A DNA stretch of 48,500 nt, counting the filler, from Circinaria calcarea (taxonomy: Eukaryota): assembly GCA_051942165.1 (NCBI GenBank). It is 2 parts of 2 records of this genome, joined end to end, with 100 filler letters (N's around TTAATTAATTAA, not from the genome) between each part and the next. Parts side by side here need not be neighbours in the genome. Positions count along the whole stretch, not along the records: positions 24,324 to 48,500 come from JAVECS010000109.1; 1 more part is not named here. One strand, written 5' to 3'. Within the stretch, counting starts at the first letter, position 1, and each line of letters begins with the position of its first letter. The notes below the pieces were generated by a model that had not been told where the DNA came from, did no database searches, and saw only the letters and a list, made by a program, of their open reading frames with translations. The translations under genes were made by a program, and so were the position numbers. Shown piece after piece: positions 37,867 through 48,500 of this stretch.

Positions 37867-38960
37867 CGGGTAAGCGGCGCTTGATATCTTATATTAAAAC
37901 CATGCATATATGCACTACATGAATCCGACGCAGTTACTCATCCAGACCTGCGGATCAATTCAACTACAATTGGGAGCCGGTGAAGCCACTGAAATCGGAT
38001 CGCACGGGCCGCGCTTTTGATAATCGTACAGCTTTCAGCTCACCGATTCCCAATACTAGGTCGATTCCCGTCGTCCTGGTCTTAAGCAGATATGTAGTCA
38101 TGGCCCTATTGAGCGTGGCAGGCTCCATCCAACCGTTGTGGCTGCAATCGGCCGAGAGTCGACGAAACTTAAGCGGATTTTCCGAATAGTCGCTCTTGAA
38201 CAAAGCAACCTTCCCGCCTTGGCTTCTTTCTGGAATACGTGCTGCTCCTGTCGATAGAATGGGACCAAAGTCGGGTGACGCTATCCGGAGACGCAGTGGA
38301 CGGGGGATTTTATTATTAGCAACCAGAACTGACAGCTCTATTTGACCAGACCGACTGGGCATGCACCGGACGAGTCCTGGACATTCGATTGTCGGCTATG
38401 GTACTCTCTCGACTCTCCAGAGGTAGGTTGCAGCTTTTTTACCATGATTTGGCGCTCTAGTGGATTTCATCCCTATAGAGCCTTTTCAAAACATCCGTAC
38501 GGAAGCATCGTTAGAGCCTCTGCGCTCACCACGTTATCTTCGGGTTTATCCTTATTTGATTGCATTGCATGATAGCCGCAGACTCATTTCCGATTCATAA
38601 CTGGAGGTTCTCCTAAAAGTGGGGGGTTCAATGGGGGTTTCGACGACAACGTAGCCCTACTTTATTCGACCAACCTCAAGTCCATTCGTCTCGTGTTACC
38701 ACTGTTGGGTTTCAAGCCTTGTCCCCTGGTTCCAAAATGGTGTACACTACTGTTGTCTTGGATGATCCATTGCCGCTCGGCTACGAAACCAATCACCATC
38801 ATCATCCTTTATCCAGACCTGCATATTCCAACACAGTTGAAAAACGCCCTTATCGCATACAAAAGGCAACACTTCAGCCGTATTTGCCAGGGGTTGACTA
38901 CGACTGCTAAGATTCGGGAATACAACCTGGGCTCTCCGATATCACCCCATATTACAAGAA

Positions 38961-40172
38961 ATGAGCAATCCGGTCTATGGCCCAAACACGGCTACATGGC
39001 CTTTCTTTGCACTGCCTCCACCCGTTCCACCCACCCCTCCCGACTTTCACCTCTGCCATCCCTTTTTTGGAACCGACGTGGTCAAGTTACAGTGTACGCA
39101 GGCCGCAGGCCGATTGCCTGTTGGTAGTCAACCGATCTCACCGGACAATCCGAATCGCGACTCAGAAGCCTGGCGTTATCCCTTACCGGTGACACTCACT
39201 TTCGGTGACTGCCATGTCAAGGTCGGTGTCGCAGATTCGGACGGCCCATCTGAACGTCATCCCTTGGCTCTGGCAACACCGGATAAAATTCGGGAACTGG
39301 CAAGCTGGCTGATCACGACATGTGTAGATTTGAGTGGCTTGGGGGGATTCGGTACCGTATCGTTACAAAACATGATCAACTGGGTTGCCGACGACAACGT
39401 CACCGGGGCAGAGATATCTCATGACCCTTGGCCGACCCACTCGCTCTTTTACACCGTTACCGTCACCAAGTTTCCCCAGCTGGGGGACTTTACTCCCGCT
39501 TTCGATGATCCTACCGTCGCAGAAGCTCTGGCGGACGGAGTGAAGCGACAGGGTAATGTTCAGCGTGGGAAGTTACTTTCCGCCGCGGCCCTATTCATGT
39601 CACCGAGAGCGACACGTCATCAGCAAACTCCCTGGTGGCGTTTCTTGGATCACGAAAGCTCTCCTGATACCGAAGAAGATTCCGAAATGGTCTACACCTG
39701 CGATGCTAAATTAGGGGCTCCTTCTGCCAGCGATTGCAGCCAGCTTGCATACTCCAAGCTCGGTCCTGCCGGCGACACGATTACCATTGGACCCGGCTCT
39801 AGCAGGACCGTTACTTTCCAGAGCTGCAATGTCGCCATCTCCGCCGTCAAAGGTATCGTACTGACTTGGGCGCAGATCTCGGCCGGGTTGTCGAGCTTAG
39901 TGGATAGCTGCGTGGAGCATCCGCTGCGGGCATCTCGCGGTGGGATCGCATACCCTACCAATCCGATGTCCATCAAAGCTAGCCATGGGAAGAAGAAGAA
40001 GAAGAAGAAGAGGGTGGATTATAGACTCACGGGGGTCAACGCACTTCCACCTGGTGTTATCATAGCCCTTTTTGGGGCCCAACCCCGCTTCGATGCTGCT
40101 GATGCAGGAAAGGGCCTCCAGACTTGTAAGGCTGCCGCGAATAAACAACAGTGCTTTAAAACCGGGACGTAA
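38961..40172 (+). CDS. Cys-containing hypothetical protein (true start uncertain)
   Basis: 403-codon ORF with two similar Cys-spaced modules and a poly-Lys run, (AAG)7 at 39990-40010. Confidence 0.6.
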   Translation: MSNPVYGPNTATWPFFALPPPVPPTPPDFHLCHPFFGTDVVKLQCTQAAGRLPVGSQPISPDNPNRDSEAWRYPLPVTLTFGDCHVKVGVADSDGPSERHPLALATPDKIRELASWLITTCVDLSGLGGFGTVSLQNMINWVADDNVTGAEISHDPWPTHSLFYTVTVTKFPQLGDFTPAFDDPTVAEALADGVKRQGNVQRGKLLSAAALFMSPRATRHQQTPWWRFLDHESSPDTEEDSEMVYTCDAKLGAPSASDCSQLAYSKLGPAGDTITIGPGSSRTVTFQSCNVAISAVKGIVLTWAQISAGLSSLVDSCVEHPLRASRGGIAYPTNPMSIKASHGKKKKKKKRVDYRLTGVNALPPGVIIALFGAQPRFDAADAGKGLQTCKAAANKQQCFKTGT

Positions 40173-40199
40173 AGGGAAGGAAAGGGTAAAAAAGCGACA

Positions 40200-41250
40200 G
40201 GGGGGGGGGGCACGATTTCTTTTATTTATATAGTACACTAGGAATGAATGCTAAAAATTCAAGATCATAATATCGAATATATCTAAAAAAAAATGCTGAC
40301 GATATCACACTACACCGTTGACACTATTACTATATACTATTAGTATCGGCATAAGGTTTCCACACACCACAACCGTCAGTGCAGTATGAGGGGTATACCA
40401 TATTAACGGTATAGTGTAAAGAGGCTCTGCGCCATTAATAACAACGATCTAACTAATACAAAACCCTTATTGCGCGAGCTTACGAGTATTCCTTAAGAAT
40501 CGAGACTGAAAATATGAAACAGCGGCTTGTACATGCGGGGAAGAAAAATACGAATATAAATATCCGTTTTCGTCTCTACGGCTTCGTATTAACATTAAGG
40601 TGAAGGCGCGTAGCTTTAAGATTCTATGCGCATGTATTATAGCATTACGGAGTATTTCTATCTCGTTGCCACCAAGTTCGCTGCCACTATTCTGCTGCCA
40701 CTATTCTACTAAAAGGGGGTTTCCGAGTATTCTCCCCCCGGAAAAAAAAGAGCTTATTATTAACACGACAATAAAAGCCATTAGAAACGCAATAATAAAA
40801 TTAGGTTTTAAAATATATTATATTAATACGCTCGCGGTTTTGAATTCGGCAATCAGCTTGCTTAATACTATAAAGCTAGCTAGGATTTAGTTATCCAATC
40901 GCGCTCGGTTTCTGTTTTAATTTTCCTTAAGGGGGGGGGGGGGGTTACGATTTGGATTTTTTTTTTATAAAAAAATTCCGGTAACACGGGTGGTTTGTGA
41001 TTTCAGCATACCGAAATACAAACAACAAAGGGGGCGTAAAGCGCGGTATATAAGTTGCCGGATATCGCGGCAAGATAAGGGTGGAATAGAAATGTGGTAA
41101 TTGTGTCTGTGTGTGCATGTTCTGTAAACCAAACCCGTGGTGCTGTTGATACAGGTATATGGTCGGGTACTCTGGGGATTTTGAAATCAGATACATGAGG
41201 TATATTGGGTACCTTGGCAATGGATACTACATCTATATATACGTTGTCTC
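40200..41250. other. AT/TpA-rich degenerate segment, probably a RIP-mutated repeat remnant
   Basis: Visibly high AT and TpA content, homopolymer runs, residual I/N/K/Y-rich ORF 40600-40890. Confidence 0.5.
40307..40417. mobile_element. Small MITE-like relic with CACTA...TAGTG termini
   Basis: ACACTACACCGTTGACA (40307-40323) vs the reverse complement of 40401-40417 (ACACTATACCGTTAATA): 14/17 identical, all mismatches are transitions. Confidence 0.5.
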
Positions 41251-41357
41251 TGGTATCGGTTCCACAGCCCGGTGGACAACAGTTGGGTCCATAAATGACA
41301 TCGGACTACATCCATCATGCAATTATCCGAGTCTTCCTACTACAGCAACGCATGATT

Positions 41358-43146
41358 TCATAACAACCGGTCCGCCCAAGTCCTAAACCCGTCTTTCTCC
41401 TTTTCCTTCTCTTTTTCCCTCCCACCCCGCTGATCTCCGTACTCCTCGTCCACGCCCACCTCAACCGCATCCTTGGCCGGAACCCCCTCAATCATATCAC
41501 CTTCAACCCCCGTATGCATATCGTAAATCTCATCCGGCAGCACCGCCCTTCCAATCAACGTCTCCTTGGCCGGGAAAAGCATCGAAAGGGCCGTATACAA
41601 CAGCGCCGTCGATGTGAATCCCAACAGCCACCCGAACTGATACGGGTGCACGCCCACGCCCACCACAATCTTCGGATTGATCGAGTTGATAAAGCCAGGC
41701 ATGCTGGGTGCGACGCCGATGACGAACGCGAGGACGGCGCGCCAGTTGACGCCTTCCCAGTAGCGGTAGATGTCATTGGGCTGGTAGAGTGCGAGGGAAT
41801 CGTATTTCCGTGCGTGTACGACCCAATAATCCATGACCATGATGGCAGCAATGGGGCCAAGAAAGACACTGTACGCGGACATGAAGTTCAGAAAACTGCC
41901 TGCCGATGCAAGGATTTTCCAGGGTACGAGTGCCCAGGAGAGGATGGCGCAGATGATTTGCCCGCGGCGAATGTTGACGTGGCGGGGGAAGAGCGCCATG
42001 AGGTCGTTGGCAGCCGAGAGGGAGTTGGCGCTGATGTTGACCCCTAGAGCTGCGAGGGCAAAGGAGAAGGCGGCAAAAAAGCGGCAGGCACGGTTATCCC
42101 ATTTGGAGACGAGGGCCATGGGATCCCATTCGAGGACGCCGTATTTGGCAGCGCCGGCGGAGGAGGCGGCAATGCCGATGAAGGAGATGAAGGTGAAGAC
42201 AATGGGGAGCATGGGAACGTAGAGGAGTTGCCATTTGACACTAACACGGGAGTAGCGTGAGAAGTCGGCCTAGGGTTGGTTAGGAAAGAGTCATGGGAGT
42301 ATGATGTTGGAGACTACCTACTTGATTGACGCTCAAAGTTGCATAATTACCAATGACGGAGGTCATACTGGCCAAATAAGCCCAACTATAAGCGGAACCA
42401 TGGATAGTAGGCTGTTGGTTAAAGATCTCTCCACCACCGGTGGACCGAAACGCCCAGATGAGGATAGCTATCCAAGCAACGGGGACCACAATTGACTTTG
42501 CCATGAACAACCACCTCAAGTTGTTCGGATGCATGTACAGAAATGGTACCTGAGCAATCCAAAAGATGACAAACGAGATCATTGTATTCGTGGTGATGCC
42601 CTGACTGACAGGAATATGGTTCGACAAGGTGAGGAAACTTGGCCAGATGGCGCCCAGCATCACCCGTACGGTATTGGCCCCATTCATCGTCTGAATGGCA
42701 AACCAGAAGATTGCCAGAATCGCCCTGGATATGATGGCAATATATGAACCCCGGAATCCCCAGCTCGCCCGCGCGAGGACAGGGAATGGAGCATGATAGA
42801 TGACGCCTATGGCTCCGTTGAGCGAGATGACAATCGAGACGGTAAAGAAGGCAACGGCGACAATGGAGATGGATTCACGCCAGGTGAGACCGATGGCGAT
42901 GATGCTGCTGGCAAACTGCCATGTGGCGGCGTTGAAGGCATCGGAGATCCAGTAGACGACGAAGCTCAAGACGCCCCATTTACGATTGTTCCGTGGGACG
43001 GGGTCGAGATCTTTGAACATTAACCATCGTTCCCAGCATCGTTGAGATATCAATCAACTACCTTTATTTGTCCATCTCGAATTCCCCTTGGCGAATGCCG
43101 ACTTGGGCTGCTCGACTCTGAGAGACGGGAGTTTTGGTGATTTCAT
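41358..43146 (-). CDS. NCS1 family nucleobase (uracil/allantoin) permease, Fur4-like, 3 exons
   Basis: RWTNK|DLDPVP, YWISD, ARASWG, ATLSVNQ|ADFSRY, NISANS, PWKIL, FLGPIAAIMVMDYW, GVNWRA. Confidence 0.92.
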
Positions 43147-44559
43147 GTCGTCTAGTTAGGTTGATGGCACACACGACCGAGCAGAGGTTGGCGGAGGAAG
43201 TCTTTTCGATATCCATGGCTTCCTCTGCATACCTATACATAAAGTCCAGCCAATGATCAACCGATAAGACCATTGAGCCACTTGGTCGTCCGCTTAGCCT
43301 TGGCCAGATAAGCGATTGGGGGGAGGAGAGATAACGGGCGGATCAGAAAAGGGCTGACTGCATGACTGGACACCAGATAAGGTAGGCATCTATCTGAGTC
43401 GGGGTGAAAGCTAGAAAGACACACGGAAACCCTTAGGGTCTGGAGGCTATGCTGCAGAGAGGATTGCATGGGAAACAAGAGCATACTCTCCTCCTAGAAC
43501 AATCCCCAGTCAGACTAGCACCCACCTTCGAGGAACGCGAATTTAGGGAGAGAAAACGACCATCTCCAGGGTGGTGAGCTTATTCAGAGCCGACGACAAT
43601 ACAGCATAGTAAAGGAGATAAAAATGGTAGAACGAGGTTCTCCTCCATAACGAGATACAGTTTCGGCGAAATCGTGATAAACTGCGGCAGAACGTCCTTC
43701 CGCCCGGTCCCGGCAAATCATTCCACCGAGCTTCGAATACCGTCTCCTTGCCACATTCCGGTGCAAAACCCTATTTCCCGCCAACTCCGCCCAACTCCAA
43801 GAGAACAACAAGTAAAATGGATTGATTGAAAGGAGTATAATACTTCAAACCGACGCAGGCTTCCCTACTGGAAATCCGTTGGTTTGTGGGGAGGCTACAA
43901 CCGGAAGCTGTCATTGTATCTACTCCGTACATCTGGCCCGAGTCAAGCGCCATAGACCCCTCGGCCATCCGACCACTTGACCAAAACGTCTTGAATAGAT
44001 TGATGGCAGAGTATTGAAGAGTCGTGGTGGTAGGTTTCATTGTGGTAGCCGTGTAGAATACAAGGGGGGGGAGTTGTCATCACACATATTCAAGGCGATA
44101 GAGGTCTTCGGCTAAGGTGACTACCGTTAAATATCTTGAGGAAAAGGGACACTAATCGTGTTCTGAGAGAGCCAATACCTAGTCACGAACCCCCTAAAGA
44201 CCAGGACTCGACCGGTGATAAAGGGTTCACAGGAAGAGTGTAAAGTGGTATGTTTTACCTGCAAGTAGGAAGTCATGTACCTAGGTCTACAGGGTCAGCG
44301 AGTACGAGATTCATCGACTCACTTCATGGTATGAAATAAAATCTCTTCCTCAAAGACTCTCGTGTCCTGATCTCATGATTCTGTTCTGTCTTTTGATACT
44401 CATTGTAGTACATATGTGCATGCATCCTTCTGCCAAATGCTAGAGTCCAGAGTCCTCCATGCAAATGCAAAGGTATACTGTTCAACTACAAGAAAGTGCT
44501 TATGATGAGAGAAACCCTTCAGTATCTGCATCGTGGCTCTGATCAAAATGGGAAATAAA

Positions 44560-46554
44560 TTAGATGGCAATCCTCCTAAACAACAGATTCTTCGTCGTAT
44601 CCGGAGTGAGCTAGAAATTAAGCGTTAGCCACAGCAGACAGACCTGCGCTCGCGCCAACTTACCATCGTCTCGTATGCCCAGTTCTTATACCTCCCCGCT
44701 TCTGGGTCCTCAAGCGCAATATCATATCTCAACAGGATATTCGCCAAGATGACCTTGAGCTCCATGCTCGCAAAGAATCTCCCTGGGCAGGCGTGTCTCC
44801 CGTAGCCAAAATTCAAGCTCTCCTTGGAGACGGTCACGAATTGGTTCCCGTGGGATTCTTCCGCGCTGCTCTGCCGCTTCTTGTAGAATCGGAAACCATC
44901 AAACTTTTCGGGGTCGGGGATGACAGATGGGTCCATTTGAATAGGGTACGAGGGAAGTTCGACAGAAGTGCCTTTTGGCAAATACGTACCATCCGATAGC
45001 GTGATATCAGACAAGACCTTACGCTTGAAGCTCACTAGTAAGAGGGAAGATCAGCTATTTAATTTCCGACAACGTTTTGATGGGAGATGGAACGACCCAC
45101 CCAGTCCAGGAGGATTGAGGCGAAAAGACTCTTTCATAAAACTGTCTAATTTCTTCAGCTTGCTCAACGTAGTGCTTGCAAAGACGCCTCCACTCTCACT
45201 CAGAACCATTCTCAGCTCTTCTCGCAGAGGTTGAATGTGTTCCGGATGGGCGGCCAGATCGTACAGAGCGTGTGTGCAGGTGCCTGTGGTGGTGTGTATC
45301 GCAGCCATGCTGAGAGATAGTTGTACGTTTGCTTGGTACTCCAAACTCTTGGCATCGGCATGAAATCGTTCAGCCTTATCATCCAACCATTGTAGAAAAT
45401 TATCTGATGGCTGGTAATCTGCTTTCGATTGTGCTTCTTTGCGGGCTTTGAAGACTGGAATCATGAAGCGTTGTGCGTTCTTTCGAAGTTGGTCTAGCCG
45501 ACGGAGCTCTGGGAGAAATCTGTATACAAACGGACGAAGCCAGGGCCTCCAAGCCCTGATCGCTTTAGCTCCTGCAAAAACATCAAGGGTATATTGGATC
45601 GTTGTGGCAATCCAATCTTCCTCGCGACATAGATCTAGGCCGATAAAGACACGTCCACTGACTTGTGCGACAATGCGGACAAGTTTCGAGTTGATGTTGA
45701 TCGGGGTCCAGTCTGTCAAGTCAGCATTGTATAGGGGCAAAGGCAGGTAAAAGAAATACCTTCGCAGGTCGGAAGCTCTACGGAGAGTGCATGCTCGACT
45801 TCGTCAAAAATCTCTGGCATCAGCCCACCTAAGAGATAAGAAGTCAGGAACTTGGGCGTCCAAGATCATGGTTTCGAAAGTGATTGCATTCGAAAGCTTA
45901 CCTAACTTCGGGGTCAAATCAGCCCTGATGACGTGCACCGCGTGGTCATCTTTGGTATTCAGTCCGGTGTATTTGGAGGCAAGGAACTAAGAGGGATCGA
46001 GTCAGCAAGTATGCTCCCAGTAGGAGCAATCTCAATCATCCAGGGTGAACAAACTTCGTCGGCCGTTGCCGAAAAACTAAGCTCGCTATCAGGTCGATTC
46101 TTGAGTTCGTCGATGTATTGGCGAGAAGCGACGACCTCGGGCCCTGGAGATTTCCGTCAGCCCATATCAGCAGGAGTTTGCCATTTTCTATTTCGTGAGG
46201 TCGAAAACGTACCCTCACTCGTGGTAATCTGGAACAATCCGTTTTTGAACTGTATCTCGCTCGTTAACAAGACATACACGTCCCGATTCCCCGGCGGGGC
46301 CTCACCTTCTCATATCCTTCTTTGAGCAGACTGTTTGCGTCGCTGACATACTTTGACTTTCTCTTCTCTGTCCCGCCCAGGTCGAGACCGACCAAGGGCA
46401 CATTGACTGATGGGGGTTTAGCGAGGATCACCGTATAGAGGTAGGTCGCTGCTATCGTCAAGGCGATGGGGAGAACGACGGCCGTGGTCAATGGCGCCGT
46501 GGTGATGGGCAGCAGCGGAATACTTTCCATGGTGATGTTGGTGTAGGAAGCCAT
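44560..46554 (-). CDS. Cytochrome P450 (ent-kaurene oxidase-like fungal clan), multi-exon
   Basis: N-terminal TM anchor; AAIHTT (I-helix), KESFR (ExxR), PEKFDGFRF, FGYGRHACPGRF (heme Cys). Confidence 0.93.
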
Positions 46555-47461
46555 CGCAGGCAGTGTGTGCTGTCGAGAGCAGTTTGAATCACTGTAGACT
46601 TGTTGACGGGCTCATATATATGTGCACTTCGGGGGAGAGGGTCCATTTGGTATTGGCGGAAATGGGATCGGGTCATGCACAGGGTCTCCATCCGGTCCTC
46701 GTCCAATCAATGCGTCAGCCCCCAACTGGAACTGATACGACAGTGAGAAGCCAATTATGTTGGCCGGAAAGGAAAGACGCCCAAGGTCCATTTCGAACGG
46801 GCAAGTGGTACCCCATCATTGCCAAACTATACCAATAGACTTTTTGGACGGCGCGGATGAGCCAGAATTGTTCCCGGAATCCGAAACAGTCGCTAGCGTG
46901 TGGCACAGGGGACGATCCCGGTAGTCGGTATAAAGAGCCAAGCGAAGCTACTGGGTAGAAGGTACCAAGGTTACGGCAAAAGCTCGGCATCATTTCTAGA
47001 CGAGGATGGGTGAGGTGACTACCACAGTCTGTAAGTACGGAATTCCACACAGTTGGCACGATCTTAGCTCGAGATCATCCGTTCGGAGTCCACAACTCTC
47101 AGGCGGAGAAGTGAGGTTTGTACTCGATACTGGTAGTCTACCAGGTAGAGACCAGATGGGACGGAAGCAGCAATAGCCGGGTCAACAACGTGGTCTAGTT
47201 GGTGTTACGTGGCACCAGATTATTAATGCCAAAAAGGGAGTGGCAGGATCCCACGCCAAGCGCTGCGGTTGACTCTGCCGAACAGTAGCGCCTGTTGGTT
47301 CGGAATCCTTCTCGCCACGCCTTTCTCCTCTGCAGCGGCTATCCTTGCATAACCAAAGGTTTTCACGTGCGCCCGAGTGAAATCAACCACCGTTGCTATC
47401 ATCTTTCGCCAACATCCCAGTTTACACTTTTGTTGCATGCATCCTGCGGGATTCGGCGGCC

Positions 47462-48500
47462 TCAAAGCTTTCCTTGCAGCTTCCTGATAACCTCCTGGGC
47501 TTCTGCTTGAGACTTTCGGACCACTTCGCCCGCTGGAAGGACCGACTTAATCAGTCTCACTCCAGAACCCCTGACCACCACTCGTGTCAGCAATCCTCTC
47601 GGAAGGGCGTCTGATAAGACAAGGAGACAGTCACATACGCCCAAACCGTCCTCCTCGTGGATTCTCCGGCCGCCATCGCGGACTTGTACTTGGCTATGTT
47701 CTCCTCCTCTGAAAGCCCGGCGAGGTGATCCCTGTAGCTCTCCCCGATGATCGCCCGACCGTCGTAGACTTTGGGCCAGAAGCCGGTGCCTTGGATGTTA
47801 TCGTGTATGGAGGATCTGCAGGTCCGTTAGGACCGGATGCGTTGGCTGGGAAAAGGGTAGAATACTTGATGGTGGAGACCCCCCCATCCGTGGTTGATAT
47901 CATAAGGTTTTTCATGTTGGCTGGCGATGGGCATTCTTCGGTCACAACAAACTGCACTCTTGAGCCCAGGAGAAAAGGGACGAACGGAATTAGACATACC
48001 CTTGTCCCCATAACTGCCCCGTTTGCCCCTGCGAAAGCTGTTAGTCAAAGCTCCCCGACTGCACCGAAGTGGACTGTACCAAGAGCCAATCCAGCCGCGA
48101 TTCCTCTACCGTCCATGATCCCTCCGGCGGCCACGAGAGGTATGTCGACATCCTGGTGCTCCTCGGCCAACATATCCGCGACCTCAGGGATCAAGCTCAT
48201 CACACTGGCTCCCTGTGCCCATTGATGCCCTCCCGCATCAGTTCCCTGCACCACCAAGATATCACACCCGTCTTCCACCGCTTCCCGAGCGGCCTGGACG
48301 TTACCCACCTGAACAAACACCCTGAGGCCCCATGATGCCCCGGCCGATTTGATGGCGGGAATAATTCCTGCATGCTGGTCGCGGGAGGCGGGTGCAAAGA
48401 GCCAAATTGCCGCTGGGCGATGCGTAGATAATACAGGTATAATGGCCTCATTGAAGTTTTCCGGGCGGAAAGTGATGAAGCCAATCCCAATGGGAAGCGT
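47462..48500 (-). CDS. Nitronate monooxygenase / 2-nitropropane dioxygenase family (5' end outside window)
   Basis: LPIGIGFI, VVQGTDAGGH, PLVAAGGIMDGRG, AVMGTR|F, YDGRAI, TVWA|G. Confidence 0.9.

Noticed and set aside
41514..42222. Long plus-strand ORFs opposite the NCS1 gene (similar cases occur opposite YTH1, SPT7 and the NLR)
   Set aside because: Antisense shadows of GC3-biased coding sequence
43584..44040. Short minus-strand ORFs between the permease and the P450
   Set aside because: No identifiable homology or splice support
47178..47310. tRNA-like A-box (GTGGTCTAGTTGGT) and a distant GGTTCGGAATCC
   Set aside because: No acceptor or anticodon stems could be built and the spacing is wrong
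47720..47745. Suspected frameshift in the nitronate monooxygenase
   Set aside because: On re-reading, the frame is continuous (GESYRDHLAG)

Overview
Intron-containing genomic DNA from a filamentous ascomycete (Pezizomycotina-type GT-AG introns with CTRAC branch sites). Intact genes, left to right: YTH1/CPSF30, a GH18 chitinase, VPS53, an uncharacterised F-box-like gene, a GPI-type Ser/Thr/Pro-rich protein cut by a scaffold gap, an MFS sugar transporter, SPT7, a VanZ-like membrane protein, a tyrosine phosphatase, a micro-exon MRX7-like gene missed by the ORF track, a PRISE-type SDR, a Cys-rich hypothetical, an NCS1 permease, a P450 and a partial nitronate monooxygenase. The most striking structure is an ~11.1 kb island (12217-23327) in which all four genes are disrupted, mostly by stops explicable as C>T/G>A transitions: a HeLo-like/ankyrin gene, a fructosamine-kinase, a deaminase and a hydrolase-NACHT-WD40 NLR. 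The island is bounded by a perfect 10-bp direct repeat (TTAGAAGGTC). Asymmetric inverted repeats lie inside it, and a second pair outside it rejoins into a ~90-bp palindrome when the island is removed. This resembles a captain-less, Starship-like or recombinase-integrated cargo element; that reading is inference, not proof. Exon boundaries were read by eye.
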